Positions 9,951 to 17,902 of a stretch of DNA of 58,020 nucleotides are shown piece after piece; position 1 is the stretch's first letter, and the number at the start of each line of letters is the position of its first letter. Position numbers and translations under genes: made by a program. Source of the stretch: an uncultured Pseudomonadota bacterium (GTDB lineage Bacteria; Babelota; Babeliae; Babelales; CAIQNR01); assembly GCA_964592275.1 (NCBI GenBank), contig CAZQDJ010000002.1, forward strand, positions 1 to 58,020, given 5' to 3'. The notes under the pieces were generated by a model. It was not told the DNA's origin, ran no database searches, and worked only from the letters and a program-made list of their open reading frames with translations.

Positions 9951-10060
9951 TTTATCCGAATAAATTAATGAATAAATAAAAATTCATGTCATCCCCAGAG
10001 AACGGTAGTCGCAGTCAGTGCATTTATGCACTGCTAGACGGAGTGAACGCCTGGGGACCC
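9951..10060 (-). repeat. dispersed element copy B (inverted relative to copies A and C)
   Basis: The reverse complement of 9951-9988 matches the AT-rich tail of copies A and C. The 28 nt gtcatccccagagaacggtagtcgcagt (9989-10016) are identical to 48406-48433. There is an internal hairpin cagtgca/tgcactg, and the outer pairing is ccccag/ctgggg. Confidence 0.65.
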
Positions 10061-10127
10061 AGACGTAACAAGAAAAAATCCTAATTTTTAGATATGGTTT
10101 TTTTCTTTTCTTTGACACAAAACGTAG

Positions 10128-10526
10128 GTGTGCCCTCTGCGGGCAGCACCAAACAGGTTGCGCACCCAACCTGTTTGGAAACAAGGGTGCAAACCTGCGG
10201 CTTGACCGCTTACGGATGTGACCCGGAAGCGCAGCTTCTTTTTGCGCCTGCCGACTTCGCGGCACCCGCAGCTGACATCCTGATAAAGATTTTTTCTAAA
10301 AAATAAAAAGAGTAAAAAAAGTACCGTATCAGGATATCATCGAGCATACCGTCGGAGTCCGAAGGTCACGATGTAGCCTTGGCGAAGTCGAAGGACGACG
10401 GTGTATGCAGCAGGAAGCGAATGCTTCCGGATCATATCCGTCAAAAGCGGTCAAACCGCAGGTTTGTGTTTGGATTCCAAAGGGGTGAACAAGCACCCCG
10501 TTTGGTGCTGCGCGCAGAGCGCAATA
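10128..10526. repeat. GC-rich foldback: two diverged inverted copies of a unit of about 170-200 nt (candidate structured RNA or foldback element)
   Basis: Arm 1 is 10128-10286 and arm 2 is 10328-10526, around an AT-rich centre. The block 10192-10212 matches the reverse complement of 10446-10466 at 20 of 21 positions. Hairpins are conserved with compensatory changes. Two 60-nt lines I counted by hand are 58-60% G+C, against 28% in the line starting at 9901. Confidence 0.7.
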
Positions 10527-10577
10527 AATGACTATGATTCAGGAATAAATCATAAAATGAGAGGGAACGTTGTTACG

Positions 10578-11162
10578 TTAAACGTTGAAAGTAGTTTTCA
10601 CTTTCGCAATAAGCTCCTCTTTAGACATTGCCCCAACTTGTTGTTCATGAACTTTCCCTTTTTCAAAAAAGACGATCGTAGGTAAATATTGAATAGGTTC
10701 TTTTGCTAGTTCTACTTCTTGAGCTTTATTTGTTAGTTCTTGTTTGTCGCAATTCAAGCTGTAAAAAGTAACTTTTCCTTCAAATTCTTTAGCAACTTCT
10801 TCGTAATAACTTGCTAAGTGGTTACATGCGCCACACCAGTTTGTGTAAAACTTGATAACACAAGGTTCGGTACAATTTTTTATATAATCGACGCAGCAAG
10901 AGTCAGTTATCTCAAAAACAAGATCCTTATTTGTTACAGGTTTTTCACGCTTTTCTATTTTTGATTCTCTGTCGAGAGTAGTTTCTGCTTCTTGTGGTGC
11001 TATCGTGGCATGATCACAGCAGGTATCAATACCAGTTGCAGGTTGTTGCATACTGTCCATGATGGAAGGTTTATTTGATCGCATTACATAGAGTGACGCT
11101 AATGAGATGGCTGCAGCTACTACTCCGATAAGGAGCCAGGGAGTTTGTTTTTTGTGATTCAT
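10578..11162 (-). CDS. membrane-anchored thioredoxin-fold protein (WCGAC active site)
   Basis: 194 aa. Has an N-terminal TM anchor (PWLLIGVVAAAISLASLYV) and the thioredoxin motif FYTNWCGACNHLA, plus a cis-Pro region LPTIVFF. The linker is Cys-rich, with two CC doublets. Confidence 0.75.
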   Translation of the reverse strand: MNHKKQTPWLLIGVVAAAISLASLYVMRSNKPSIMDSMQQPATGIDTCCDHATIAPQEAETTLDRESKIEKREKPVTNKDLVFEITDSCCVDYIKNCTEPCVIKFYTNWCGACNHLASYYEEVAKEFEGKVTFYSLNCDKQELTNKAQEVELAKEPIQYLPTIVFFEKGKVHEQQVGAMSKEELIAKVKTTFNV

Positions 11163-11612
11163 AGCAATTTCCTTTCGATTAAAAATTGCAAGGTTTAGAA
11201 AATATTCTCAAATATCCTACTTTTAGGCCACATACTTGTAAATTTTTGTTAATTGGTGAGTGAGCAAATGACTAATAAATAAAAAAAACATGAAAAAATT
11301 TTGAATAAAAAAATTGAAATTGCGACGTATGCGCACGATATGAAAAATTTTCTCATTGTAAGTTTTTTGCTGTAAACAAATAGAGAAAATGTACGATATA
11401 GCTTTTAAAAAAAGAGTTATGTTTTGAGAGAATTTTATTTGATTCTCACAGGAGAAACAGGTACAGTTATCTTCCATCTTTCTCCATGCTGTTAATTCTC
11501 ATTGAAAAAAATAAAAAATTTCAAAGCTTATTTTTTAGTTAAAAAAATAAGCAGAAAATGAGCTAAAAAATAGTTAGGTAATGATGCGTGTGATGAAAGT
11601 TATGAATAAGCT

Positions 11613-14186
11613 ATGAGCGAAAGGAACAGGCTAATGGATAAGCGAAAAGAATTTTCACTACATGTTCAATTTGGGGTTTTAGGGACTGAGGATATGACTT
11701 CTTTTTCTGATAATCAGCCTTTGTTTATGGTAAGTAAGCGAAATGGGCAAAAGGTTTCTCTTAATCAAGAAAAAATGTATCTCAGTCTCAAACGGGCGTG
11801 TCAGGGGCTTGAAGATTCTGTTTCTGTTTCACTAATCATGCAAGAGGTAGTAAAAAATCTTCATGACAATGCGACAACAAAGCAAGTTGAAGATGCGCTT
11901 GTATTGAGTGCTATCTCTTTCATAGAAAAAGATCCTGCATATAGTACTGTTGCTGCTCGTCTTTTACGTCAGAAAATAGCAAAAGAAATTTTTGGAGTTT
12001 CGATAACCGAAGAGACGTATGCGTATCATTATAAGAAATCATTTATAGAAGGCATTAAGGAACAGGTTCGTCTTGAGCTTCTTGATCCTCGCATGCTTGA
12101 ATTTGATCTTGAATTTTTGGCTGGAAAACTAGCCATTGAGCGTGATGATTATGTGGAATATCTTGGTCTTTATAATTTATACGAGCGTTATTTTTCAAAA
12201 ATTGATGATCGTTGCGTTGAGTTGCCACAAATATTTTGGATGCGCGTTGCGATGGGATTAAGCCTTCTTGAGTCAAACAAAAATCAGTATGCGGTTGAGT
12301 TTTATGAAAACATGTCAACGCTCCGTTATCTTCCAGGGACTCCGACTCTTTTACATTCTGGTGGCACTCGCCCACAATTAAGTTCTTGTTTTTTGACAAC
12401 AATTAGCGATGATTTACACCATATTTTTAAATGTATGGGGGACAATGCTCAAATGGCTCGTTGGTCAGGTGGTATTGCAAATGACTGGACTCCCTTGCGA
12501 GCAACCGGTGCATTTATTAAATCTATACGATCAGGAAGCCAGGGATCGGTTCCATTTTTAAAGATAGCTAATGACGTTAATGCAGCTATTAATCGTAGCG
12601 GTCGTCGTCGTGGAGCAACAGTTGCGTATCTTGAAACGTGGCATTTTGATATTGAAGACTTTCTTGATTTGCGTCGTAATACTGGTGATGAACGTCGTCG
12701 TACTCATGATATGAATACGGCACATTGGATTCCCGATTTGTTTATGAAGCGAGTTGTAGACGAAAAAGACTGGACACTTTTTTCTCCTGATGAAACTCCT
12801 GATTTGCATGATTTGTATGGTAAGGCATTTGAAAAACGCTATGAAGAATACGAAGAGCTTGCTCGTCAGGGAAGTATAAAGTTAACAAAGACCATGCCAG
12901 CGGTTGAGCTGTGGCGAAAAATGCTTACTCGTTTATTTGAAACGGGACATCCATGGATTACTTTCAAAGATGCATGCAATGTTCGTTCACCTCAGGATCA
13001 CGTTGGAGTTGTGCATAGTTCGAATTTATGTACAGAAATTACATTGAATACATCAAAAGAAGAAACAGCAGTGTGTAACTTAGGTTCTGTAAACTTAGGA
13101 AAACATGTTTCTGGTGATGGGGTTGTTGATTACGTTGAGCTTGAAAAAACTATTAGAACTGCTATGCGCATGCTCGACAATGTAATCGATATTAACTTTT
13201 ATCCTGTTGTAGAAGGCGCAACTTCAAATAAGCGCCATAGGCCTGTTGGGTTAGGGGTTATGGGTTTCCAGGATATGCTTTTTAAGATGAACATCAGTTT
13301 TGCATCACAAGAAGCATTGGATATTGCTGATAAAATGGGTGAATTTGTTTCTTACTATGCAATTCTTGCTTCATCTGAACTGGCAAAAGAACGAGGAGCC
13401 TATTCAACGTTCAAAGGTTCAAAGTGGGATAGAAATTTGTTCCCTGTTGATACGATTGATCTCTTGGAACAAGAGCGAGGTATTAACATTCCTCTTTCTC
13501 GTACGGGGTGCTTGGATTGGTCTCCGGTTCGTGAGCATGTCAAAAAATATGGTCTACGTAATTCAAACACTATGGCAATTGCGCCAACAGCAACTATTTC
13601 AAACATTTCTGCCTGCTATCCTTGCATCGAGCCTATCTATAAAAACTTATACGTTAAGGCAAATATGGGAGGCGAATTTACCGTTATCAATAGATACTTG
13701 GTTGAAGATTTGAAAAAACTTGGTCTGTGGAATCATGATATGGTTGATTTGATCAAGTATTACGATGGAAGTATTCAGAAGATTGAAAGCATTCCTCAAG
13801 TCTTGCGTGATAAATATCTTGAAGCATTTGAAATTGATGCATTGTGGTTATTGGAACTTTCTGCTGCGCGTGGTAAATGGATTGATCAAAGTCAATCGCA
13901 TAATGTGTTCTTGAATTCTGTATCAGGGAAAGTACTTGATATGGTGTATAAGCGAGCTTGGCAATTAGGTTTAAAGTGTACCTATTACCTTCGTACTTTG
14001 GGTGCAAGTCAGATTGAAAAATCAACGCTTGATGCGAAAAAGTTTGGATTTACTCAAAAACGTTCTTATGGTGCTGATACTGCTTCTTCTGTTCAATCGG
14101 TAACGTATGCTCCTGCTCAAGCGCTTTCATCTGAAGAAATAAAAGCATGCAGTTTAGAAAATACTGATTGTGAAGCCTGTCAGTAG
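11613..14186 (+). CDS. nrdA: ribonucleotide reductase class I alpha subunit
   Basis: 857 aa with an N-terminal ATP-cone-like segment (VSKRNGQKVSLNQEKM). The active-site motif SSNLCTEITL and a C-terminal redox Cys pair (DCEACQ) are present. The start is uncertain; candidates are 11613, 11634 and 11694. Confidence 0.95.
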   Translation: MSERNRLMDKRKEFSLHVQFGVLGTEDMTSFSDNQPLFMVSKRNGQKVSLNQEKMYLSLKRACQGLEDSVSVSLIMQEVVKNLHDNATTKQVEDALVLSAISFIEKDPAYSTVAARLLRQKIAKEIFGVSITEETYAYHYKKSFIEGIKEQVRLELLDPRMLEFDLEFLAGKLAIERDDYVEYLGLYNLYERYFSKIDDRCVELPQIFWMRVAMGLSLLESNKNQYAVEFYENMSTLRYLPGTPTLLHSGGTRPQLSSCFLTTISDDLHHIFKCMGDNAQMARWSGGIANDWTPLRATGAFIKSIRSGSQGSVPFLKIANDVNAAINRSGRRRGATVAYLETWHFDIEDFLDLRRNTGDERRRTHDMNTAHWIPDLFMKRVVDEKDWTLFSPDETPDLHDLYGKAFEKRYEEYEELARQGSIKLTKTMPAVELWRKMLTRLFETGHPWITFKDACNVRSPQDHVGVVHSSNLCTEITLNTSKEETAVCNLGSVNLGKHVSGDGVVDYVELEKTIRTAMRMLDNVIDINFYPVVEGATSNKRHRPVGLGVMGFQDMLFKMNISFASQEALDIADKMGEFVSYYAILASSELAKERGAYSTFKGSKWDRNLFPVDTIDLLEQERGINIPLSRTGCLDWSPVREHVKKYGLRNSNTMAIAPTATISNISACYPCIEPIYKNLYVKANMGGEFTVINRYLVEDLKKLGLWNHDMVDLIKYYDGSIQKIESIPQVLRDKYLEAFEIDALWLLELSAARGKWIDQSQSHNVFLNSVSGKVLDMVYKRAWQLGLKCTYYLRTLGASQIEKSTLDAKKFGFTQKRSYGADTASSVQSVTYAPAQALSSEEIKACSLENTDCEACQ

Positions 14187-14213
14187 TAAGAAGAAATCAT
14201 ACTAAGGAATAAA

Positions 14214-15224
14214 ATGACAAAAATAAATACCTCCGGGATTATTTCTAACTCAAAGACTGATCCTAATAAAATATTACCAATGCGTTATACATGGGCTCGC
14301 CAGCATTACAAAGATGGTATTGCAAATAGTTGGGCACCTGAAGAAGTGTCTATGCAAAAAGACGTAGAGCAATGGAAAGATCCAAAATTTTTGCTTGAAG
14401 ATGAACGTCGCTTGATTATGTGGAACATGGGTTTTTTCTCAACAGCAGAATCATTAACGGCGAATAACTTGGTTCTTGCGGTGTATCGTCATGTGACTAA
14501 CCCTGAGTGTCGTCAGTACCTATTACGACAAGCATTTGAAGAGGCAGTTCATACCGACACCTTTATTTACTGTTCTGATTCATTAGGGATTGATCCTGAT
14601 GAGCTTTATAACATGTATGTAACAGTTCCTTCAATTGCGGCAAAAGATAATTTTGTGATTGATTTGACCAAGTCTATTTTTGATCCACTCTTTGAAGTAA
14701 CTGATTTAGTAACCTTGAGAAAATTTTTATACGATCTGATCGGTTACTATGTGATTATGGAAGGTATTTTCTTTTATGCTGGTTTTGCAATGATGCTTGC
14801 GTTAAAACGTCAGAACAAAATGATCGGTATTGGGGAACAGTTCGAATACATTATGCGCGATGAAAGCATTCATTTAGCATTTGGTTGCGATCTTATTAAT
14901 ACTATTAAAAGAGAAAATCCAGAGGTATGGACCAAGGATTTTCAAGATGAAGTTGTCGAGCTTATTAAAAAGGCGGTTGTTCTTGAAGGAGCATATGCAA
15001 TTGATGCTTGTCCGCGAGGTCTTTTAGGAATCAGCACTCAACAGTTTGTGCATTACGTTGAATATATTGCTGACCGTCGTCTTGAAAGAATTGATCTTCC
15101 TCGTTTGTATAATCAAGAAAATCCATTTCCTTGGATGTCTCAGGCTACTGATCTAAGCAAAGAAAAAAACTTTTTTGAGTCGCGTGTTACTGAGTATCGT
15201 ACTGGTGGTTCATTGGAATGGTAA
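14214..15224 (+). CDS. nrdB: ribonucleotide reductase class I beta subunit
   Basis: 336 aa with the di-iron ligand motifs EEAVHTD and RDESIHL. It lies immediately downstream of nrdA. Confidence 0.95.
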   Translation: MTKINTSGIISNSKTDPNKILPMRYTWARQHYKDGIANSWAPEEVSMQKDVEQWKDPKFLLEDERRLIMWNMGFFSTAESLTANNLVLAVYRHVTNPECRQYLLRQAFEEAVHTDTFIYCSDSLGIDPDELYNMYVTVPSIAAKDNFVIDLTKSIFDPLFEVTDLVTLRKFLYDLIGYYVIMEGIFFYAGFAMMLALKRQNKMIGIGEQFEYIMRDESIHLAFGCDLINTIKRENPEVWTKDFQDEVVELIKKAVVLEGAYAIDACPRGLLGISTQQFVHYVEYIADRRLERIDLPRLYNQENPFPWMSQATDLSKEKNFFESRVTEYRTGGSLEW

Positions 15225-15240
15225 TTAGTTTATAAAAATA

Positions 15241-15278
15241 AAAAAAAGAGCTGAGGTAAAAGTTGGCTCTTTTTTTTG
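15241..15278 (+). terminator. rho-independent terminator after nrdB
   Basis: aaaaaaaagagc ... ggctctttttttt. The stem agagc (15247-15251) pairs with gctct (15266-15270), with a long T-run. Confidence 0.6.
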
Positions 15279-15502
15279 AGGAGCGTATCGCATGAAGAAA
15301 ATATTTATGATGTATGTAATGTTTGCAGAGATGAGCCTTAATGAATGTCTGAAAGGTAGTAGTGCAGAAATTGCATGGTCTATTGATGAAATGCAGCTTG
15401 AAGCTTTGGGGAAATCTGGTGCGATAAGGGAAATTGATTCATAACAATTAAAGCTTTCTAAAGAGGATTTAGAAAAAGCGTTGGATAGTTGGAAAAAAGC
15501 TT

Positions 15503-15919
15503 ATGATGCAGAAAAGCAAAGGAATAAAATTGGATATTAATAAAAATGTATGGTTAGCACTATTAGCAATTTCGGGAACAGTGGTAGCATCATCATCACA
15601 TCGATCAAATAAAGGATCGCATCCGTTGAGTAAAGCACAGGCTGGACCTGCAGTGGATATTCCTACAGATATGGAAGATGACGATGATAAACCTCTTTTG
15701 CGTCCGCCATTGATTAGAACGCTTCCTCAAATATCAGCATATGGAGACATAGAAGAGAGAACTGTTTTTTTAGCAATGGTTACAGAAATTGTGATAAGTA
15801 AGATTCCGCTTGCAGGAGGTTTTATTGTTGTTGAAGAGGAGCAAGATACACTTACGATGTTGTCAGAAAATGAAGCTCGTGAAGCAATAAAAAAAAGGCT
15901 GAAAAGGCTTTTAAGATAA
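15503..15919 (+). CDS. hypothetical protein with one N-terminal hydrophobic segment
   Basis: 138-aa ORF. Has the hydrophobic segment VWLALLAISGTVVASS and an acidic MEDDDDK tract. I recognise no motif. Confidence 0.4.
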   Translation: MMQKSKGIKLDINKNVWLALLAISGTVVASSSHRSNKGSHPLSKAQAGPAVDIPTDMEDDDDKPLLRPPLIRTLPQISAYGDIEERTVFLAMVTEIVISKIPLAGGFIVVEEEQDTLTMLSENEAREAIKKRLKRLLR

Positions 15920-15981
15920 GAGTTAAAAGCTTGTGGGTTGATTTTTCAGGTATGGTTATTTAAAAAAATTATTTTAGAAAG

Positions 15982-16521
15982 TTGGTTATGAATTTAAGGG
16001 TGTGGGGGATAGTGTTGTTTGGTCTTGTTGAATGTGTTTTAGCAAGTGTTCCGAAGAAGGATTCTTTTGATAATAAAGACGTCGTGCCATTAAGACGCCG
16101 ACAAAGTACTCATTCTTCTGAGAATAAAGCAGCGTTGACTGCTTGTCAAAATAAGCTTATTTCGATGCAGCAAGAGCTTGCTGCTAAGGATAATATTATT
16201 TGGAGGCTTGTATGTGATAATAGGGATATGTGGGCAAGGTGTGATTATTTACAGAAAGCTTGTGATCAACTTGCTGTAGAGTGTTCTTTCCTTCGAGCCG
16301 TTAGAGGGCCTTCTCCTGAGGGATTAAAGAAAATATGGGAACAACCAGAATGCAAAACACAGGTGGCATGGGGAGTAAAAAAAGAAGAAGTAAGCACTGC
16401 TAGTCAGGATAGCGCATCGCAAGATGATGTACCAGCGCAATCAGAAAATTCTGAAGCTGAGTTGGAATCAGAAATATGGGATAATATTTTTGATTGGGAT
16501 TCATCACAAAGAGTAGAATGA
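15982..16521 (+). CDS. hypothetical secreted protein
   Basis: 179 aa. Has a signal peptide (VWGIVLFGLVECVLASV), a coiled-coil-like middle and an acidic C-terminus. Confidence 0.5.
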   Translation: MVMNLRVWGIVLFGLVECVLASVPKKDSFDNKDVVPLRRRQSTHSSENKAALTACQNKLISMQQELAAKDNIIWRLVCDNRDMWARCDYLQKACDQLAVECSFLRAVRGPSPEGLKKIWEQPECKTQVAWGVKKEEVSTASQDSASQDDVPAQSENSEAELESEIWDNIFDWDSSQRVE

Positions 16522-16569
16522 CTATCTTTTTCTGGTGATCCAATTACTTAAGAGCAAGAATAATTGCTA

Positions 16570-17463
16570 TTAGGTTAATAACGAGACCCCTTCTTTTTTT
16601 GCTGTTTCTTCTAACGCTTTGTAATGATCTTTGTATTGTTTTGTTTGGCGACGAGGGTGAGCAATACTTATCTTTTTTACTCGTGCATGTTTGCATAATG
16701 TTACGAGCGCTTCAAGTGTTTGTGCATTGGTGTAAGGACAGGTTACCGTATCAAATTGAACTGAACCGCATTGTTTAAGTGCTTCTGCCAAAAACGTGTA
16801 TTGAATCCAAGTTCCTGCTGATTTTTTTTCTCCTAATGCTCCATAGTCGATAACGGAAATAGTTCCGTTGTTAGATGTTATGAGGGCATTTTTTTTGATG
16901 CAGGTAATACGACCTTTTTGAGTAAAAAATGAACGGACTTTTTGGTAGGCAAAGGGTGTTGCGAGTAGAAGTAAAAAAAGAGGCAAACTATTTCTTTCTT
17001 TCCCCCATTGTTTATGGTGTAAGAGTACGCAGGCGATGATGGCTCCTAGGATACAGAGAATAATCCCCCAGCGATCAATGCCATAAAGCCATGAGGTAGA
17101 TCCATGATCAAGGCAATACATCCATAGAGTACAGAGCTTTTCGAGAGCATAGATAAGCCACCCATTTGGAATTTTTAAAAGCTCTGAGAAAAAAACACCT
17201 GTTGAAACGAGCAAGAAAAGTGTTAAGAATGGAGTAAAAATAAGATTGCCAAATACAGTCATCAAAGAAAATGGTAATCCCCACGCAACAAGAATTGGCA
17301 GCGAGAGCAGGGAGAGAAAAAGTTGAACATGCATAAAGCTGTAAAACCACCTTTGAGCGGTCAAGGTAAATTGATTCATAGTATGAGTATAGCCTTTAGG
17401 GCGTAAAATTTGAAGTCTATGTATCGTAAAGTACGATTTGAGTGCATATTTGACACTATCCAT
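16570..17463 (-). CDS. short ComEC/Rec2-like membrane protein (competence-domain fragment with a degenerate metallo-beta-lactamase-like tail)
   Basis: 297 aa. The TM region FLSLLSLPILVAWGLPFSLMTVFGNLIFTPFLTLFLLV resembles the ComEC competence domain. The C-terminal ISVIDYGALG...FDTVTCPYTNAQ aligns to the MBL region but lacks HxHxDH. Confidence 0.5.
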   Translation of the reverse strand: MDSVKYALKSYFTIHRLQILRPKGYTHTMNQFTLTAQRWFYSFMHVQLFLSLLSLPILVAWGLPFSLMTVFGNLIFTPFLTLFLLVSTGVFFSELLKIPNGWLIYALEKLCTLWMYCLDHGSTSWLYGIDRWGIILCILGAIIACVLLHHKQWGKERNSLPLFLLLLATPFAYQKVRSFFTQKGRITCIKKNALITSNNGTISVIDYGALGEKKSAGTWIQYTFLAEALKQCGSVQFDTVTCPYTNAQTLEALVTLCKHARVKKISIAHPRRQTKQYKDHYKALEETAKKEGVSLLT

Positions 17464-17483
17464 TTTAAAAAAAGGAGATAAAA

Positions 17484-17807
17484 ATGAAAAAGCAAAAAAG
17501 CTTGTGGCTATTGTTTATGGGGTTGTTTTTTGCAAGTTATACGGTGTTGGCAAGTAATGCTCTTTTTGATGGGAAAGAATTATTATTAGTTGATGATGAA
17601 CGAAATGAAAGAGCATCTGGTTGTTGCGAGGCTTTTTTGTCTTTTTTTCAAAGATGTTTTTTATCTGCTGGCAAAAAAACTTCTTCTACTTGTGAGGATG
17701 ATAGTAGTGTGAATAGTCTCATGTGGAATGAGCAAGATGGTACATGGTTTAGACTCGTTGAAATAAAGAACAAGAAGGGAAACGCTGAGCATAGTGCTGA
17801 TCAATAG
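17484..17807 (+). CDS. hypothetical secreted protein
   Basis: 107 aa. SD GGAGA is upstream. The signal peptide is MKKQKSLWLLFMGLFFASYTVLA. Confidence 0.45.
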   Translation: MKKQKSLWLLFMGLFFASYTVLASNALFDGKELLLVDDERNERASGCCEAFLSFFQRCFLSAGKKTSSTCEDDSSVNSLMWNEQDGTWFRLVEIKNKKGNAEHSADQ

Positions 17808-17902
17808 AGGTATTCAATCGTTGTTTTTCCTAGAAGTGGTTTTTAAAATTGTTTCTTTAAGCTACAATTGGATAGTCTAACTCATTACATGAAAGGTACC
17901 GC

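Noticed and set aside
10200-10245. Possible SRP RNA (4.5S) domain IV, because of the string cccggaagcgcagc (compare GGUCCGGAAGGAAGCAGCC)
   Set aside because: The flanks of the GGAA do not pair as a GNAR tetraloop helix, and no matching 3' strand (CAAGGCAG-like) or closing helix is present. The same unit also occurs as an inverted second copy, which a single-copy SRP RNA gene would not have.
9984-10685. ORF-track ORFs 9984-10265 (minus, 93 aa), 10094-10306 (plus, 70 aa) and 10401-10685 (plus, 94 aa) inside the GC-rich block
   Set aside because: They have no SD sequences. The two longest contain mirror-image peptides (PVWCCPQRA and PVWCCAQSA) simply because they read the two arms of the inverted repeat. 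The 10401 ORF runs antisense into the thioredoxin-like gene. Open frames are expected by chance in GC-rich sequence within an AT-rich genome, because stop codons are rarer there.
11223-11477. 84-aa ORF on the minus strand upstream of nrdA
   Set aside because: It lies in a very AT-rich spacer and its composition is dominated by F/I/N/K. It has no SD and no recognisable features. It is probably a chance ORF.
11163-11612. NrdR boxes or a riboswitch in the 450-nt AT-rich region upstream of nrdA
   Set aside because: I looked for the 16-bp NrdR palindrome (acaCwAtATaTwGtgt) in tandem. There are only weak half-matches: cacgatatg at about 11334 and acgatatagc at about 11392. No convincing palindromes or spacing are present. 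AT-rich hairpins such as gcttatttttt/aaaaaataagc (about 11526-11552) are expected by chance.
13300-13713. 137-aa plus-strand ORF in an alternative frame inside nrdA, and similar internal ORFs in leuS, hppA, rpoD and bamA
   Set aside because: They are embedded in strongly supported conserved genes. They have no start signals, and their composition is typical of off-frame translation.
15292-15540. Small ORF after the nrdB terminator. It has SD GAGGAG and encodes MKKIFMMYVMFAEMSLNECLKGSSAEIAWSIDEMQLEALGKSGAIREIDS, ending at TAA 15442-15444. The same frame stays open to 15540 and overlaps the start of the 15503 ORF. It could be a small protein or a gene broken by a stop plus a frameshift.
   Set aside because: It is too short, and I have no homology evidence. 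The continuation of protein-like sequence past the stop is suggestive but could be chance. It needs comparison with relatives before being called a pseudogene.
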